Source: Mobula birostris
Lineage: Eukaryota
NCBI RefSeq assembly: GCF_030028105.1
Contig: NC_092400.1
Span: 18,104,001-18,168,000, forward strand
Length of the DNA: 64,000 bases
Reading direction: 5' to 3'
Shown: piece after piece, positions 35,700 to 48,204 of the stretch
Numbering within the stretch: the first letter of the stretch is position 1
Layout of the letters: each line of letters begins with the position of its first letter
Notes under the pieces: model-generated
Told to the model about the DNA's origin: nothing
Databases searched by the model: none
What the model saw: only the letters and a program-made list of their open reading frames with translations
Translations under genes and position numbers: made by a program

Positions 35700-36125
35700 A
35701 ACTACTACTACTACGTCGACTCTGGCCTAGGGGGCTGGTGTTGGGCACAATGACGGACTCTCCACTTCTCCCTCTTCCTCATCAGTGTGCTCAGTTCATC
35801 TACATCAGCTGCGCCACAGTCTTCTAGGAGCATGTTGACTACAGTCTTGGGAGGGCGCCCAAGGTTCATCCTCCCATGCTTGGGCTCCCATATGATGACT
35901 AGGCTGGTAGGTAGCTTGGGGTGGTGTAGACAGTGCCCTGCTAGTTGCAGTCTCGTCGCCTTGATTTTAGTGGAGAGCATCGGTAGGTCATCATAGAGCT
36001 CGACGTTCATCATGTGCTGTTGCCAACTCACGTCAACAGCCACCCGAAGCATTTGCATATAGCAACCATCCAGAGACTTTCACATAGTCTTGGTGAGTGT
36101 CCACTTCTCGCATCCGTCATACCAA
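35700..36125 (-). mobile_element. RTE-clade LINE 3' end with (TAG)n tail
   Basis: YDGCEKWTLTK..LDGCYMQMLRVAVDVSWQQH..RLQLAGHC..GRPPKT. Confidence 0.85.
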
Positions 36126-36351
36126 AGATGGTTAAAAACTATAGGTTTAAGGTTAGGGAGAAGAGATTTCACACTGATCCGCTGATGCTCACCCTTCCTG
36201 ACTGCAGCCAGTTTGTAACAGACAGGCAGTTTCAGGTAAAACCCTACTGTCACAAACAGTACGATGGTGCAGCCAACCCAACCTCCACTGGGGAGTTCAC
36301 ACGTTCCCCACCCCCCCAACCCCTCCCCCGTGATTCTATAAGATTCATCAG

Positions 36352-37708
36352 AACATGATTTTCCTTTCACATATTCATGCTGACTTTGTCTGATGATTTC
36401 ACTGCCTTCCAAATGTGCTGTTATCACATCTTTGATAACTGACTCTAGCGTTTTCCCCACCACCGATGTCAGGCTAACCGGTCTATAATTCCCCGGTTTC
36501 TCTCTCCCTCCTTTTTTAAAAAGCGGGGTTACATTAGCCACCCTCCAATCCTCAGGAACTAGTCCAGAATCTAAAGAGTTTTGAAAAATTATCACTAATG
36601 CATCCACTATTTCTTGGGCTACTTCCTTGAGCACTCTGGGATGCAGACCATCTGGCCCTGGGGATTTATCGGCATTTAATCCCTTCAATTTACCTAACAC
36701 CACTTCCCTACTAACATGTATTTCCCTCAGTTCCTCCATCTCACTAGACCCTCAGTCCCTACTATTTCCAGAAGATTATTTATGTCCTCCTTAATGAAGA
36801 CAGAACCAAAGTAGTTATTCAATTGGTCTGCCATGTCCTTGTTCCCCATGATCAATTCACCTGTTTCTGACTGTAAGGGACCTACGTTTGTCTTAACTAA
36901 TCTTTTTCTTTTCACATATCTATAAAAGCTTTTAGTCAGTTTTTAAGTTTCCTGCCAGCTTTCTCTCATAATCTTTTTTTCCCTTTCCTAATTAAGCCCT
37001 TTGCCCTCCTCTGCTGGATTCTGAATTTCTCCCAGTCCTCAGGTGTGCCACTTTTTCTGGCTAATTTGTATGTTTCTTCTTTGGAATTGATACTATCCCT
37101 AATTTCTTAATGAAGAATTCCACCATATTAGGGTCACTCTTACCCAAGAGGCCTCGCATGACAAGATTGCTAATTAAACCTTCCTCATTGCTCAAAACCC
37201 AGTCTGGAATGGCCTGCTCTCTAGTTGGTTCCTTGACATGTTGGTTCAGAAAACCACCCAGCATACATTCCAAGAAATCCTCTTCCTCAGCACCCTTACC
37301 AATTTGGTTCACCCAATTTATATGTAGATTGAAGTCACCCATTATAACTGCTGTTCCTTTATTGCACGCATTTCTAATTTCCTGTTTAATGCCATCCCCA
37401 ACCTCACTACTACTGTTAGGTGGCCTGTACACAACTCCCACCAGCGTTTTCTGCCCCTTAGTGTTATGCAGCTCTACCCATATTGATTCCACATCCTCCA
37501 GGCTAACGTCCTTCCTTTCTATTGCATTAATCTCCTCTCTAACCAGCAATGCTACCCCACTTCCTTTTCTTTCATGCTTATCTCTCCTGAATATTGAATA
37601 TCCCTGGATGTTGAGCTCCCATCCTTGGTCACCCTGGAGCCATGTCTCTGTGATCCCAACTATGTCATATTCATTAATAGCTATCTGCACATTCAATTCA
37701 TCCACCAT
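36352..37708 (-). mobile_element. CR1 LINE ORF2 fragment (AP endonuclease plus RT N-terminus), relatively young
   Basis: ORF 37061..37708 DIVGITETWL, GVVYRPP, IMGDFN; ORF 36080..36739 KSPGPDGLHPRVLKE, WRVANVTPLFKKG, PGNYRPVSLTS. Confidence 0.95.
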
Positions 37709-37719
37709 ATGATTTACAT

Positions 37720-38165
37720 ATGATAAGATTTAGCAGCAGAATCAGGCCATTTGGTCATTGAGTCTGCACCACCATTCAATCATGCCTACAGTTTTTTTTT
37801 CAACCAATTTCTCCTGCCTTCCTGCCCTGTACACATTAACCCATTAATGAACAGATAAATCTCTGCCTTAAGTATTACTCATTGACTTGGCCTGCACCAT
37901 CCACTGCGGGAAAAAAACTCCACGGAATCTCTCCTCTCTGACTGAAGAAATTCCTCCTCATCTCAAGTTCCAAAGGATATCCCTTTACTCTCAGATCCTA
38001 AAATCTCCTAATGATGGTAACATTCTCTCCATATCCACTCTTTCTAAGCCTTTCAGTATCTGGTAGCTATTGAAGAGATTCAAACACCCTTCCCCACCAC
38101 ATACCTCTGAACTCCACCAAATACAGGCCCAAAGCCATCAGCTGCTCCTCAGTCATTAAACTCAT
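37720..38165 (-). mobile_element. CR1 3'-end fragment
   Basis: agcagaatcaggccatttgg...gaagaaattcctcctcatctc. Confidence 0.7.
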
Positions 38166-38689
38166 GAAAATCTGTACTGGGAGGGTTAAAAGCAGTTCTT
38201 TTTTATAATTCAAAATGGAGTTGTCAGTCCACAGTCTCCACAATGAGCACATATGTTAATTAGGAAGATAAACAAAACAAAAGGTTTTAATTCATATGGT
38301 CCTTGAGGCTTTGCAGAATGCAGAGGTAAGACATTAAGGAATGTGAAATGACAAAATCACTTAATTTTTCTTGGAGCAAGACTGGTTCAGCTGACAATGT
38401 AAAAATCATTACTTTTAGAATTGTAGTTGGCTGGAACGAGTAAATTAGAAGAGAAGCATGGGTTTTCTTGATTATATGAGTAGTGAACAAACTCATTGAA
38501 CTTCTCCTTGGACTGTAATCACAATTGGTGCTAAGGACCTCTGAAATCCTCCAGACCAGATATAACAATTGGAGCTCCCCTCTGATGAGCAGAAGGTTGT
38601 GAAACTTGTTATTCTGGTTCTTTCAGCAACTGTTCTAACATATTTTTAACTTACTGTTTTGTATATTTTATTTTTTATTTGTTCTTATT

Positions 38690-38900
38690 TAAAGATACAG
38701 CACAATAACTGGCCCTCCTGTGTCCTGCTCAACAGACCCACATTGCCCAATTACGCCCATGTGACCAATTAACCTAACTGGTACATCTTTGGAATGTGGG
38801 AGGAAAACAAGATAACCCTGAGGAAACCCACACAAACTCCTTACACACAGCAGCAGAACTAAACACAAGTCATTGGCATTGTAGTAACATTATGCCAGCC
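38690..38900 (-). mobile_element. V-SINE fragment
   Basis: gtacatctttggaatgtgggaggaaa...gaggaaacccacacaaactcc. Confidence 0.6.
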
Positions 38901-38989
38901 TATAGACAGTATCCTATCTCTTGTTTTACTTTAAATAAATGGCCTGTAGCAATTTACTCAGACAAGGCGTATAACCTTGGGGATCTTAG

Positions 38990-39080
38990 AGAGGCAGCTT
39001 CCCACAAGAAGGCTTAGCATGCAGGCATCCAGGAGGTCATGAAGAGCCAGACTCGACTTAATGACTGAACAACAACAAGC
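38990..39080 (+). mobile_element. RTE/BovB-like 3' tail
   Basis: gaggtcatgaagagccagactcgacttaatgactgaacaacaacaa. Confidence 0.6.
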
Positions 39081-39394
39081 AACTTTCTTCCTCCCTCATC
39101 GCTCCGAATCTTTGAAACCTGCTTATTTCCCCTTACAAAATCTTTTGTTGCAACAGGGCATATTTTAGGTGAGGAAACAAAGACTTTCAAATCTCCAGTG
39201 TTTAACCAAGTTAAATCTCCATCATTTGTACAAGTGATTTATGTCTATATTCAGATATGATGAGCCTCTATTTTACATTTTGAACATTGGTTCTTCGGAT
39301 AATCAAAAACTGAATGTTTTTGCAGATTTTCTCCCCTATTCCTCACCCCCCCCCTCCCCGCCATCCTCTTTTTGATTCTGACTCTGCCTCTGTC

Positions 39395-39672
39395 CAGAGA
39401 CAGAGACATCCATCAGTAAGGATTCCCATCACCTGGGACATGCCCTCTACTATCAGGAAGGAGGTACAGGGGCCCGAAGATACACACTCAACAATTCAGG
39501 AACAACTTCTTCCCCTCTGCCATCCGATTTCTGAATGGACATTGACTCCATGAACACTAACTCACTGCTTTTTTTTCATTGAAGTATTTATATATTTACA
39601 GTAATTCACAGTTTTTATTATTAGGTATTGCAATATATATATAGTAACAAATTTTGCCGGTGATTCTGATCA
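39395..39672 (+). mobile_element. Rex1-like LINE 3' end
   Basis: atcaggaaggaggtacagg...attcaggaacaacttcttcccctctgccatc; gattctgat tail. Confidence 0.65.
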
Positions 39673-40232
39673 TAATTGTGATTTTGTCTCTCTGTCTCTG
39701 ACACACTGTCAAATGACTAACCTGTTCTCAGTTTGTACATCCACTGAACTGAGTCCTGTGTGCACAGAAGAAAGCTCTACTTTTCAGTTAGATTCTGGGC
39801 TGTGCACACAAATTCTCCTCAACAGAACTCTGAAGCCCTGTTAGTGTAGGTACAGTCAGCCATTCTTCCTGCAGAAATTGCTAGAAAATCTGTCGTAGAG
39901 CCTCTTTACTATGCAATTATAAATCCCACGTTAGTTAAATTGAGATGATTCCCCCAACCCACTTTGGCTGCTTCACTTTCAGCCTTAACTATTGTAAATC
40001 TGTGAAATGGCTCCTTTTCATTCCCGTTCAAAGTAAATTTATTATTAAAGTATGTATAGGTCACCATATATTAAGTTGAGATTCATTTTCTTGTGGTTAT
40101 TCACTGTAGACGGTAAGAAATACAACAGAATCAATGAAAAGCAACACTGAAATAAAAAGAGACAAGTAATACTGCAAAAGAAGGCAACCTGTACAAATAC
40201 AAAATCAATCTGTAAATGAATAGATAAATAAA

Positions 40233-40819
40233 TGTAACCCCTGGAGGTTTCCCTCTCCGGTCCCGCCAAACTCATGAGATTGAGACTGCTCTCCCATTCC
40301 AAACCCTGGTTTCAGTGGATGCTGAGTAATTTGCTACCCTGTTACAAATTAGCGCCAGGAAGTAACAGACAGTACACTGGATACAATTAAAGGAATTATA
40401 TTTATGAATCTTAACTAAAGGGTTAGTTAAGAAAAACAAAAAGAAAAGGGCCTATTTTAATTAAACAGCCAAACGTGCACAAGTTGAAGCTCGACATTTC
40501 ACCACCATATTCACCAATCCTCAATCAATCTCGGCCCCTGGCTTCATCAAATCACAGTCCCACACTGGGTCAAATCCTACAACCTGTCCTCTCGAGCAAC
40601 TTCTCTCTTCATATCCCCTTGAACAAAAGCCCCAAGCCCAACCTTAGTGTCCCTCACCAGGAAAACCTCCACCCAGTTCCACCATCCTGATTGAATGGCA
40701 CACACTCCTTATCTTCAACAATAACCCAAACAGGCTGAAAGCAGAACAGACTGCTCTTACAGAACTGGTAAATGAAATATCTACAGCATAACAGTGAAAT
40801 TATGAACCAGGGCATTACA
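40233..40819. mobile_element. Solo LTR nested in a minus-strand retroelement tail (~40025-40945)
   Basis: TGTAA...TTACA termini; 4-bp TSD taaa on both sides. Confidence 0.8.
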
Positions 40820-41433
40820 TAAAAAAAAGGATAGATAAATATGAAAAAAAACAAACAATAGTAGAACACTAGTTGTAGAGTCCTTGAAAGTGATACCATA
40901 GGCTGTGTAATCAGTTCAGCTTTGAGGTGAGTGAAGTTCCTGTGTCAGGGAATTTGTCCACTGATATCTAAAAGGAAGGTCAGCTTCTTTTTGGCCACCA
41001 TCATACTCTGATGCAGAAACCTTTGGGGTTTAAAATATAAACTACTGAGCCATTCTGATTTCAAAGGCTTTTTAGAAGTCAGAACAGAGCAGACGGCGCA
41101 GTTTTCCACATGCCCGGTAGATGGCAGTGTTGTAATTCTTCCAGAAGGGTTCATTGGGACATGGCTGGTTGTGGAATACAACTCCTCATTATTGCAACCA
41201 GTTTAATATCAGGTCCTTCTCTGAATCCAGCACACTAAGTCATTGCTTGCTGTCACATGGCTTCTGTAACGGTGATGACCTCAAGAGCAAAGAAAAATGC
41301 TAGCAATAATCACCAGAGTTAACCAGCTGGAATCTTCTGTTTGTCTTGCCCCTCTGGATTATATCTGAGTAGCATACACACAAAATGCTGGAGGAACTCA
41401 GCAGGTTAGGCAGCATCTATAGAAATGAATAAA

Positions 41434-41469
41434 CAGTCGATGTTTCAGACCGAGACTCTTCATCAGGAC
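41434..41469 (-). ncRNA. Minimal hammerhead ribozyme motif in a Penelope terminus (41375-41470); core intact, stems decayed
   Basis: Reverse complement gtc CTGATGA agagtctcggtct GAAAC ATC gac. Confidence 0.55.
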
Positions 41470-41680
41470 AGAATTATGTGATTCTGACCTCAAACTTTCC
41501 TGTCTGTTGCCTCTACTCCTTATCATCTTATATATCATAGCTATAAATATCTTCAATGACTCACTCTCCAGTGTTCTCTGAGGTACAGAATCACAAGAAT
41601 TCATATCCTCCAGGGCAATCAATTTTTGCTATCTCTGTTTTAATGGTTCACCTCATATCCTAAAACTGTGCCCTTTAAAT

Positions 41681-41911
41681 CAGTGGTCCCCAACCACCGG
41701 GCCGCAAAGATGTGCTACTGGGCCGCGAGGAAACAATATGATTTAGCGATATGAAACGATATGAGTCAGCTACACCTTTCTTCATTCCCTGTCACACACT
41801 GTTGAAGTTGAACACCCTCCCCCACATCCCCCCCCCCACCCCAGTCAGCCGGTCGGTAAGAATATCGTTAATATTAAACCGGTCTGCGGTGCAAAAGGTT
41901 GGGGACCCCTA
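41681..41911 (+). mobile_element. hAT MITE, short relative of 12506-13708
   Basis: cagtggtccccaacc...ggttggggaccccta; 8-bp TSD ctttaaat (41673-41680, 41912-41919). Confidence 0.9.
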
Positions 41912-42224
41912 CTTTAAATCAAGGTTACCCCTAGAGAGGAAATAGCTTCTTACTATCTAGCCTGTCAAGCCTCTCAGAATCATACATGTTTCACTAGAGT
42001 CACCTCGTCCTTTCACTCTCCCCCTGGAGAGGATGGGGACAGAAACTGGTAGGTGATAGGTGGAAACAGATGGGGAGGGGATGATGGGCAGATGAAACCA
42101 GGTGGGAGGTGGTTTAATGACAGAAGTGGACAGAGGAAGAAGAAAACTAAATGTATGGGTGAGTGTGTGTGTGGGACGACTTAGAGTGTAGGTGTGGCTG
42201 CATGGACCAGAAAAGATGGAGATC

Positions 42225-42960
42225 TTTCAGACTCCATCTCAGGAAATAGACTTACTGCTGGCATTTTTTATAAACCCAATGATTCCTGTAGCTACCTCAA
42301 CTGTACCTCCTCCCACACTGAATCCTTTAAGGACACCATCCTTTTTCTCAGTTTCTCTACCCCCACCACATCTGTACTCAAAGTGAGGTCTACCATTCCA
42401 GGGCATCCAAAGTGTCCTTCTTCTTGAAAAATGGTTTCTGCTCCAAGATAGTTGATGAAGCCCTCATATACATTTCCTCTATTTCTACACATCTGTCCTC
42501 AACATCCTCCCTTTTCCCAGGCACAATACAGATGGGCTCCTAGACCCAGGGTTCCTCAAATGCCTAATCTTTCATTCCACCAGCCTTCATGCCTAACACA
42601 TTATCTTCCACCATTTCCACCAGCATCAACATGATCCACCACTAATCACATTTCTTCTCTTGCCTCACCTCTTTCTCTTCATGATTTCCCAGCCCAATCA
42701 TCCCCCCCAAACCACCTCTGCAAAGTACTTCCCCTGTAACCCGAAGAGGTGCAACACCACTGCTCAGGGCTTTATCAGCCCTTCCAGATAAAACAGAAAC
42801 TATAAGACAGAAATTGCACTTGCTCCAACATGATCTACTGAATTCGGTGCTCATTTGCACTCGTGAAAGCAAGTACAGATTAACATTAAACCGGCAGACA
42901 AAAGGGATGCTGTTGTAGTATGGCGGACTGACCTCTAATTTGCTGAGGCCAGGTGGCAAC
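42225..42960 (+). mobile_element. Old Penelope-like RT/EN remnant
   Basis: GIFYKPNDSCSYLNCTSSH (cf. YKPTDSHSYLDYTSSHP). Confidence 0.7.
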
Positions 42961-42964
42961 TCTC

Positions 42965-44571
42965 AGACACCTCCTCTTACTTACCCCTTAATAAGGACCT
43001 CTTTCAGGACAAGTAGGATACCATCACCAACCTCATCAATTCTGGAGATCTCCCATCCACTGCCATCAACCTCATAAATCCCTTAGCGTGCACTGCTAGT
43101 TGCTACCTCCTACCCAAGATCAAAAAGTCTGACTGTCCAGGTAGGCCCATTGTCTCTGCTTGCTCCTGCCCCACTGAACTCGTGACTGCATATCTCGACA
43201 CCATTTTACCTCCCTTGGTTCATTTCCTTCCCACCTACATCCATGACTACACATGCTCTGGATCTCCTGAACAATTTTCAACTCTCTAGCCCTGATCACC
43301 TCATTGTCACCATAGATATCCAGTTACTATACACTCTATAGCCCATCAAAAAGGCCTCAAAGCTCTTTACTTCTTTTTTGACAACAGATCAGACAAATTC
43401 CCCTCCACCACCACCCTTCTCCTTCTGGTAGAGCTGGCCCTCACCCTTAACAATTTCCCTTTCACCTCCTCCCACTTTCTCCAACTCAAGGTGGAGCCAT
43501 GGGTACCTGCATGGGCCATCTCCAGCTATACCTGCCTTTTCATTTGCTAAATGGGACAGTCTATGTTTCAAGCATCCCTGCTAAGGCTCCCCAACGTTCG
43601 CTGTGCTTCCTTGATGACAGTATTGGTGCTGCTTCATGCACCCATGAGGAGCCGTCAACATCATCAACACTGCCTCCAACTTCCATCTGTTAAATTCACC
43701 CTGGCCCCTTTCTCAGTCTCGAGATACAAAATGTCCACCAACGTCTTTCATAAACCTACCAAGTCCCGCAGCTATCTTGACTATACCTCTTCCCACCCTG
43801 TGTCCTGTAAAAATGTTATTCCTTATTCTCAGTTTCTTCGCCTCTGCTGTATTTGTTCCCAGGATGAGGACTCCCTTTTCAGGACATCAGAGATGTCCTC
43901 CTTCTTCAAATAACAGGGTTTCCATTCCTCCACCATTGATGCTGGCCTCACCTTATCTTCCTGCCACCTTAATTGGGGTAGAGTTCATCTTGTTCTTGCC
44001 TACCACCTCATAAGCCTCGGCTTCTAGCACATCATTCTCCACAACTTCTGCCGTATTCAATGAAACCCTACCAAACACTTCTTTACCTTGACTCTTTGCT
44101 TTCCATAAGGATTGCCACCTCTACAATTATCATGGCCAACTGTCTCTCCCCACTAACCTCCCTCCTGGCACTTATCCCTGCAAGCAGAAGAAATTTTACA
44201 CCTGTGCACTCACCTCCTCCCTCACCTCTATTCAGGACCCCAAATAGTCCTTCCAGGTAAGGCTAAACTTCATTTGTGAATCTGTTGGGGGTCACCTACT
44301 GTATCCCATGCTCCCGATGTGGCCTCCTCTTACCTTAATGAGACTTTTCCCTACTCGCCTTTCACTTTCCCCTGGTGCCCTTCCTCCTTCCTGGTTTTCC
44401 ATGGCCAACTGTTCTCTCCTATCAGATTCCTTCTTCTCCAGCTCTTTATCTTTTCCACCTGTCACCTCCCAGCTTCTTACTTCATCCTCCCTCCCCCACC
44501 CACCTGGCCAGCTTTCCCTCCACCCACTTTCTTATTCTGGCTTCTTCCCCCTTCCTTTCCAGTCCTGATGA
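42965..44571 (+). mobile_element. Penelope-like element: degenerate RT, start of GIY-YIG endonuclease, pyrimidine-rich 3' region ending in CTGATGA
   Basis: YLLPKIKKSDCPGRPIVSACSCPTE (~43105-43180), GAMGTCMG, HKPTKSRSYLDYTSSHPVSCKNVIPYSQFLRL, CESVG. Confidence 0.9.
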
Positions 44572-45290
44572 GGGGGAAGGGGGAAGTAAAGAGCTGGGAA
44601 GCTGAGAGGTGAAAGAGATAAAGTGCTGGAGAAAGGGGACTCTGATAGGAGAGTGTAGAAGACCATGGAAGAAAGAGAAGGGGGAGGAGCATGAGAGGGA
44701 GGTGATGGGCAGGTAAGGAGATGAGATGAGAGAGGGAAATAGGAATGGAAATGGTGACGGGGGTGGGGGGGGGGGAGGTAATTACTGGAAGTTTGAGAAA
44801 CCAATGTTCATGCCATCAGGTTGGAGGCTACCCAGATGGAATATAAGGTGTTGCTCCTCCAACCTGAGTGTGGCCTCATCGCGACATATGGATTGATATA
44901 TCGGAATGGGAATGGGAAGTAGAACTGAAGCGGGCGGCTACAAGGAGATCCCGATTTTCTGGCAGATGGAGCATAGATGCTTGATGAAGTGGTCTCATTG
45001 ATGTACAGGAGGCCATACCGGGAGCACCGGATGCAGTATATGACCCCAACAGACTCACAAGTGAAGCTTCATACCTGGAAGGACTGTTTGGGGCCCTGAA
45101 TAGTAGTGAGGGAGGAGGTGTAGGGGCAGGTGTGGCACTTGTTCTACTTGCAAAGAAAAAGGCCAGGAGGGAAATCAGTTGGGAGGGAAGAATGGACAAG
45201 GGAGTCACATAGCAAGTGATTCCCGCAGAAAGCAGAAAGTGGGAGGAGGGAAAGACGTGCTTGGTGGTGGGATGGTTGAAGTAACAGAGA
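44572..45290 (-). mobile_element. Inverted Penelope-like 3' portion (GIY-YIG region)
   Basis: Minus strand CESVGVIYCIRCSRYGLLYINET; inverted homology to 44060-44480. Confidence 0.85.
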
Positions 45291-45374
45291 AATTTCCCCT
45301 TTTCTCCCTTAGTCCTGATGCAGCAGTGTTGCCTTGCATCTTTTGCCTCCGTAGGTGCTCTCTGGCCCACTGAG

Positions 45375-45586
45375 TCCTCAGACACGAGGAAATCTGCAGA
45401 TGCTGGAAATTCAGACAACACACACAAAAAATGCTGGTCAACACAGCAGGCCAGGCAGCATCTATAGGAAGAGGAACAGTCAACGTTTCGTTCCTGACGA
45501 GGGGTCCCGGCCCGAAACGTCGACTGTACCTCTTCCTATAGATGCTGCCTAGCCTGCTGCGTTCACCAGCATTTTTTGTGTGTGTT
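45375..45586. mobile_element. Fold-back Penelope terminal insertion (two inverted ~75-bp arms)
   Basis: Arms ~45417-45490 and ~45513-45586; 8-bp TSD ccactgag (45367-45374, 45587-45594). Confidence 0.85.
45490..45526 (+). ncRNA. Minimal type I hammerhead ribozyme motif with intact core
   Basis: CTGACGA 45494-45500, stem II gggt-cccg-gccc, GAAAC 45514-45518, GTC cleavage triplet 45519-45521, palindromic ACGT stem III; stem I weakened. Confidence 0.65.
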
Positions 45587-45764
45587 CCACTGAGATCTTG
45601 GTTTTATTAAAGATTTAAGATTGTCTATCGTCAGTGCACAATTGTAAAGAAGAGTGAAATGATTGTTACTCCAGATCTAATGCAGCATTAAAAAAAACAG
45701 TAAGCATAAAGAAGACTATAAGCATGAAAACATACGATTAGGTATATACATAGATTGATTGTAT

Positions 45765-46232
45765 GTGTTAAGGTGTATTCCACAGTTATGCAATCTAGCA
45801 AATATTTATTTCAGCAGCAACCAGTCTTCAGATCTGAATGTGGACTGTACATCGAAATGCAGCTCAGAACAATGGTCTTCCTGGAGCTGCAGGCTGGGGT
45901 TGATTGCAAACCAGGGAATACCTATTCACCTGAGATGTCTGCATGTGAATGAATGCAGCCAGAGAGACAGAGGTCATTCACCTAGGGTGTGTTAGTATGA
46001 AGATCTAGGTGTTGGAAATTGAGTTGCACATAATGTAGGCATTATGAATGCATGGTAACTACAGAAATTGTCCTGTTGATGCCTTTCTTCTCTAACATAT
46101 AAAATGTGATGTTATATTGGGTCAGGAGGCCTCTTTGCCCAAGTGTGTCTCCAGTAGGATTCCTGCTTGTTTGGCTAAATAAAGACTTATATATCCTCCA
46201 GCTTTAGTGTCTCTGGTGGCTCAGTTACAAGA
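45765..46232 (+). mobile_element. Probable solo LTR
   Basis: tgttaagg...aataaa...gttaca interrupting another repeat; TSD not clean. Confidence 0.4.
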
Positions 46233-46859
46233 CTATGTACATAAAGTGACGCTAGATACAGGAGTATCTGTACATAAGGTGACTGACAGGAAATGATAAA
46301 ATTGTGGTGTTCCAGATTCTTCCATATATAATCTCTTTTCTCTTCCCCATCTCAATGTCCCCTCCACTTTGCAATATGGACCAACATTCCAAACAGCTCC
46401 TAATAATTTGCTGTGCCTTCATGCTAATTTTCTGTATATCATGTTCACAGGTACCTAGGCCCTTCCTGTGCAACAACTTTCTGTATTCTCACAGTCCAAA
46501 GTCCAGGTCGAGTTATTGCCATGTGCACAGATAAGTACGCGCATGCACAGATGAAGTGAGAAACAAGGGCACATAGCATGAGATAAGCAACATTCACAAG
46601 AAAAGTCAAGCATAAATTATGTACTGCTTTTACAAGAAAAAAACAACTAAAACAAAAAAAAACAGGTGGAGATATTTGATGATGGATATTGCCTTCTTGA
46701 GGTACTGCCATTTACGCAATTTTTCTGCTTTTCTTTTCCTTTACGCTCTTCCTGCATAACACAGCTATCTTATCAGTAGTCAGATGCATGTCTTGTTCAC
46801 ACTTTACTCCCCCACGTAGCTTCATATTATCAGTAAGTGTGGCTTCCATCCATCCTGGA

Positions 46860-47035
46860 CTCGTTCGTTACGTGCCATGTCATATGATGTGGGTGATCAT
46901 GGTCTTTCCATGACCATGGTTGTTCTTGGCAAATTTTCCTACAGAAGTGGTTTGCCATTGCCTTCTTCTAGGCAGTGTCTTTACAGGCTTGTGACCCCAG
47001 CCATTACTAATACTCTTCAGAAACTGTCTGCCTGT
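46860..47035 (-). mobile_element. RTE-related SINE/LINE tail fragment
   Basis: Reverse complement aaggcaatggcaaaccacttctgtagg...tttgccaag; (AACG)n end. Confidence 0.6.
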
Positions 47036-47044
47036 CACCCCTCT

Positions 47045-47572
47045 ATATCTAATACAATGCCTACTGAGTGTATGTTCCTGGTCTTCTGCTGCTGTCGCCA
47101 ATCCACTTCAAGGTTCGACATACTGTGCATTCAGAGATGCTCTTCTGCAACCCACTGTTGTCACACTGTTGGTTATAACTTGTCACCTTCTTATCAGCTT
47201 GAACTGATCTGGCCAGTCTCCTCTGACATCTCTCACTAACAAGGAATTTTCACCCACAGAGCTGCTACTCACCAGATGTTTTTTTTTTGTTTTTCGCACC
47301 AGTCTCTGTAAACTCTAGAGACTTGTGAGTGAAAATTGCAGGAGATCAGTAGTTTCTGAGATACCACCATGTCTGGCACCAACAATCGTCCCACAGTCAA
47401 AATCACTTAGGTCACATCTCTTCCGCATTCTGATGTTTGGTCTGAACAACAACAGAACCTCTTGACCATGTCTACGTGCTCTTATGCATTGAGTTGCTGC
47501 CACATGATTGGCTGATTAGATACTTGTATTATTGAGCTGGTGTACAAGTGTATCTTTTTAAAGTGATCACTG
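47045..47572 (-). mobile_element. Tc1-like non-autonomous element
   Basis: ORF 47315..47503 MRKRCDLSDFDCGTIVGARHGGISETTDLL. Confidence 0.8.
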
Positions 47573-48204
47573 AAGGTAAGCCTTTAATTTGAACTGTGAA
47601 TAGCTCAGGCATCAGTATCCTGTGATCCCTGTGGAGAACCATGAGCCAATATGAAGATAATTCATTTCATTTCCCTCTTTTTTTTCTGTTATTTAGCCAG
47701 ACCTCTATCCATGCTATGAGATCTTGTCCTATGCTGTCTGGATTACCTATGTATACTACTTCTACTACTTTCCCTTTATCCAGCCTGCTCATTTAATGCA
47801 CAAAGAACTCTGACAACAAACAAAATCTCCCTTTCATGAAACTACATATATTGACTCTGCTTGATGATTACGAATGCTTTGCTTTTTCTACGTTAATAAT
47901 TGAATCTGCCATTTTCTCAGATTTTAGTGTCCTCCTCTGTTCTCCAAAACAGGAGTTACTTTGCAGAATTCCAGTCTGCTGGGGCCTTTCCAGAATCTTG
48001 AGAATTTTGCAAGATCATAAGCAACGTATCCATCATTTCTGTCACCTCTTTTAGAACCTAGACGTAAGGTCTCAAGTCCAGGGTTTCGTCAGCCTTTAGT
48101 CCCATTAATTTGCTTCATATTTCCTCCAATGTTTTTGAATCAGACTCCAAATCAGAATCAGGGTTACTATCACTGCAATATGTTGTGAAAATTGTTGTTT
48201 TGCA

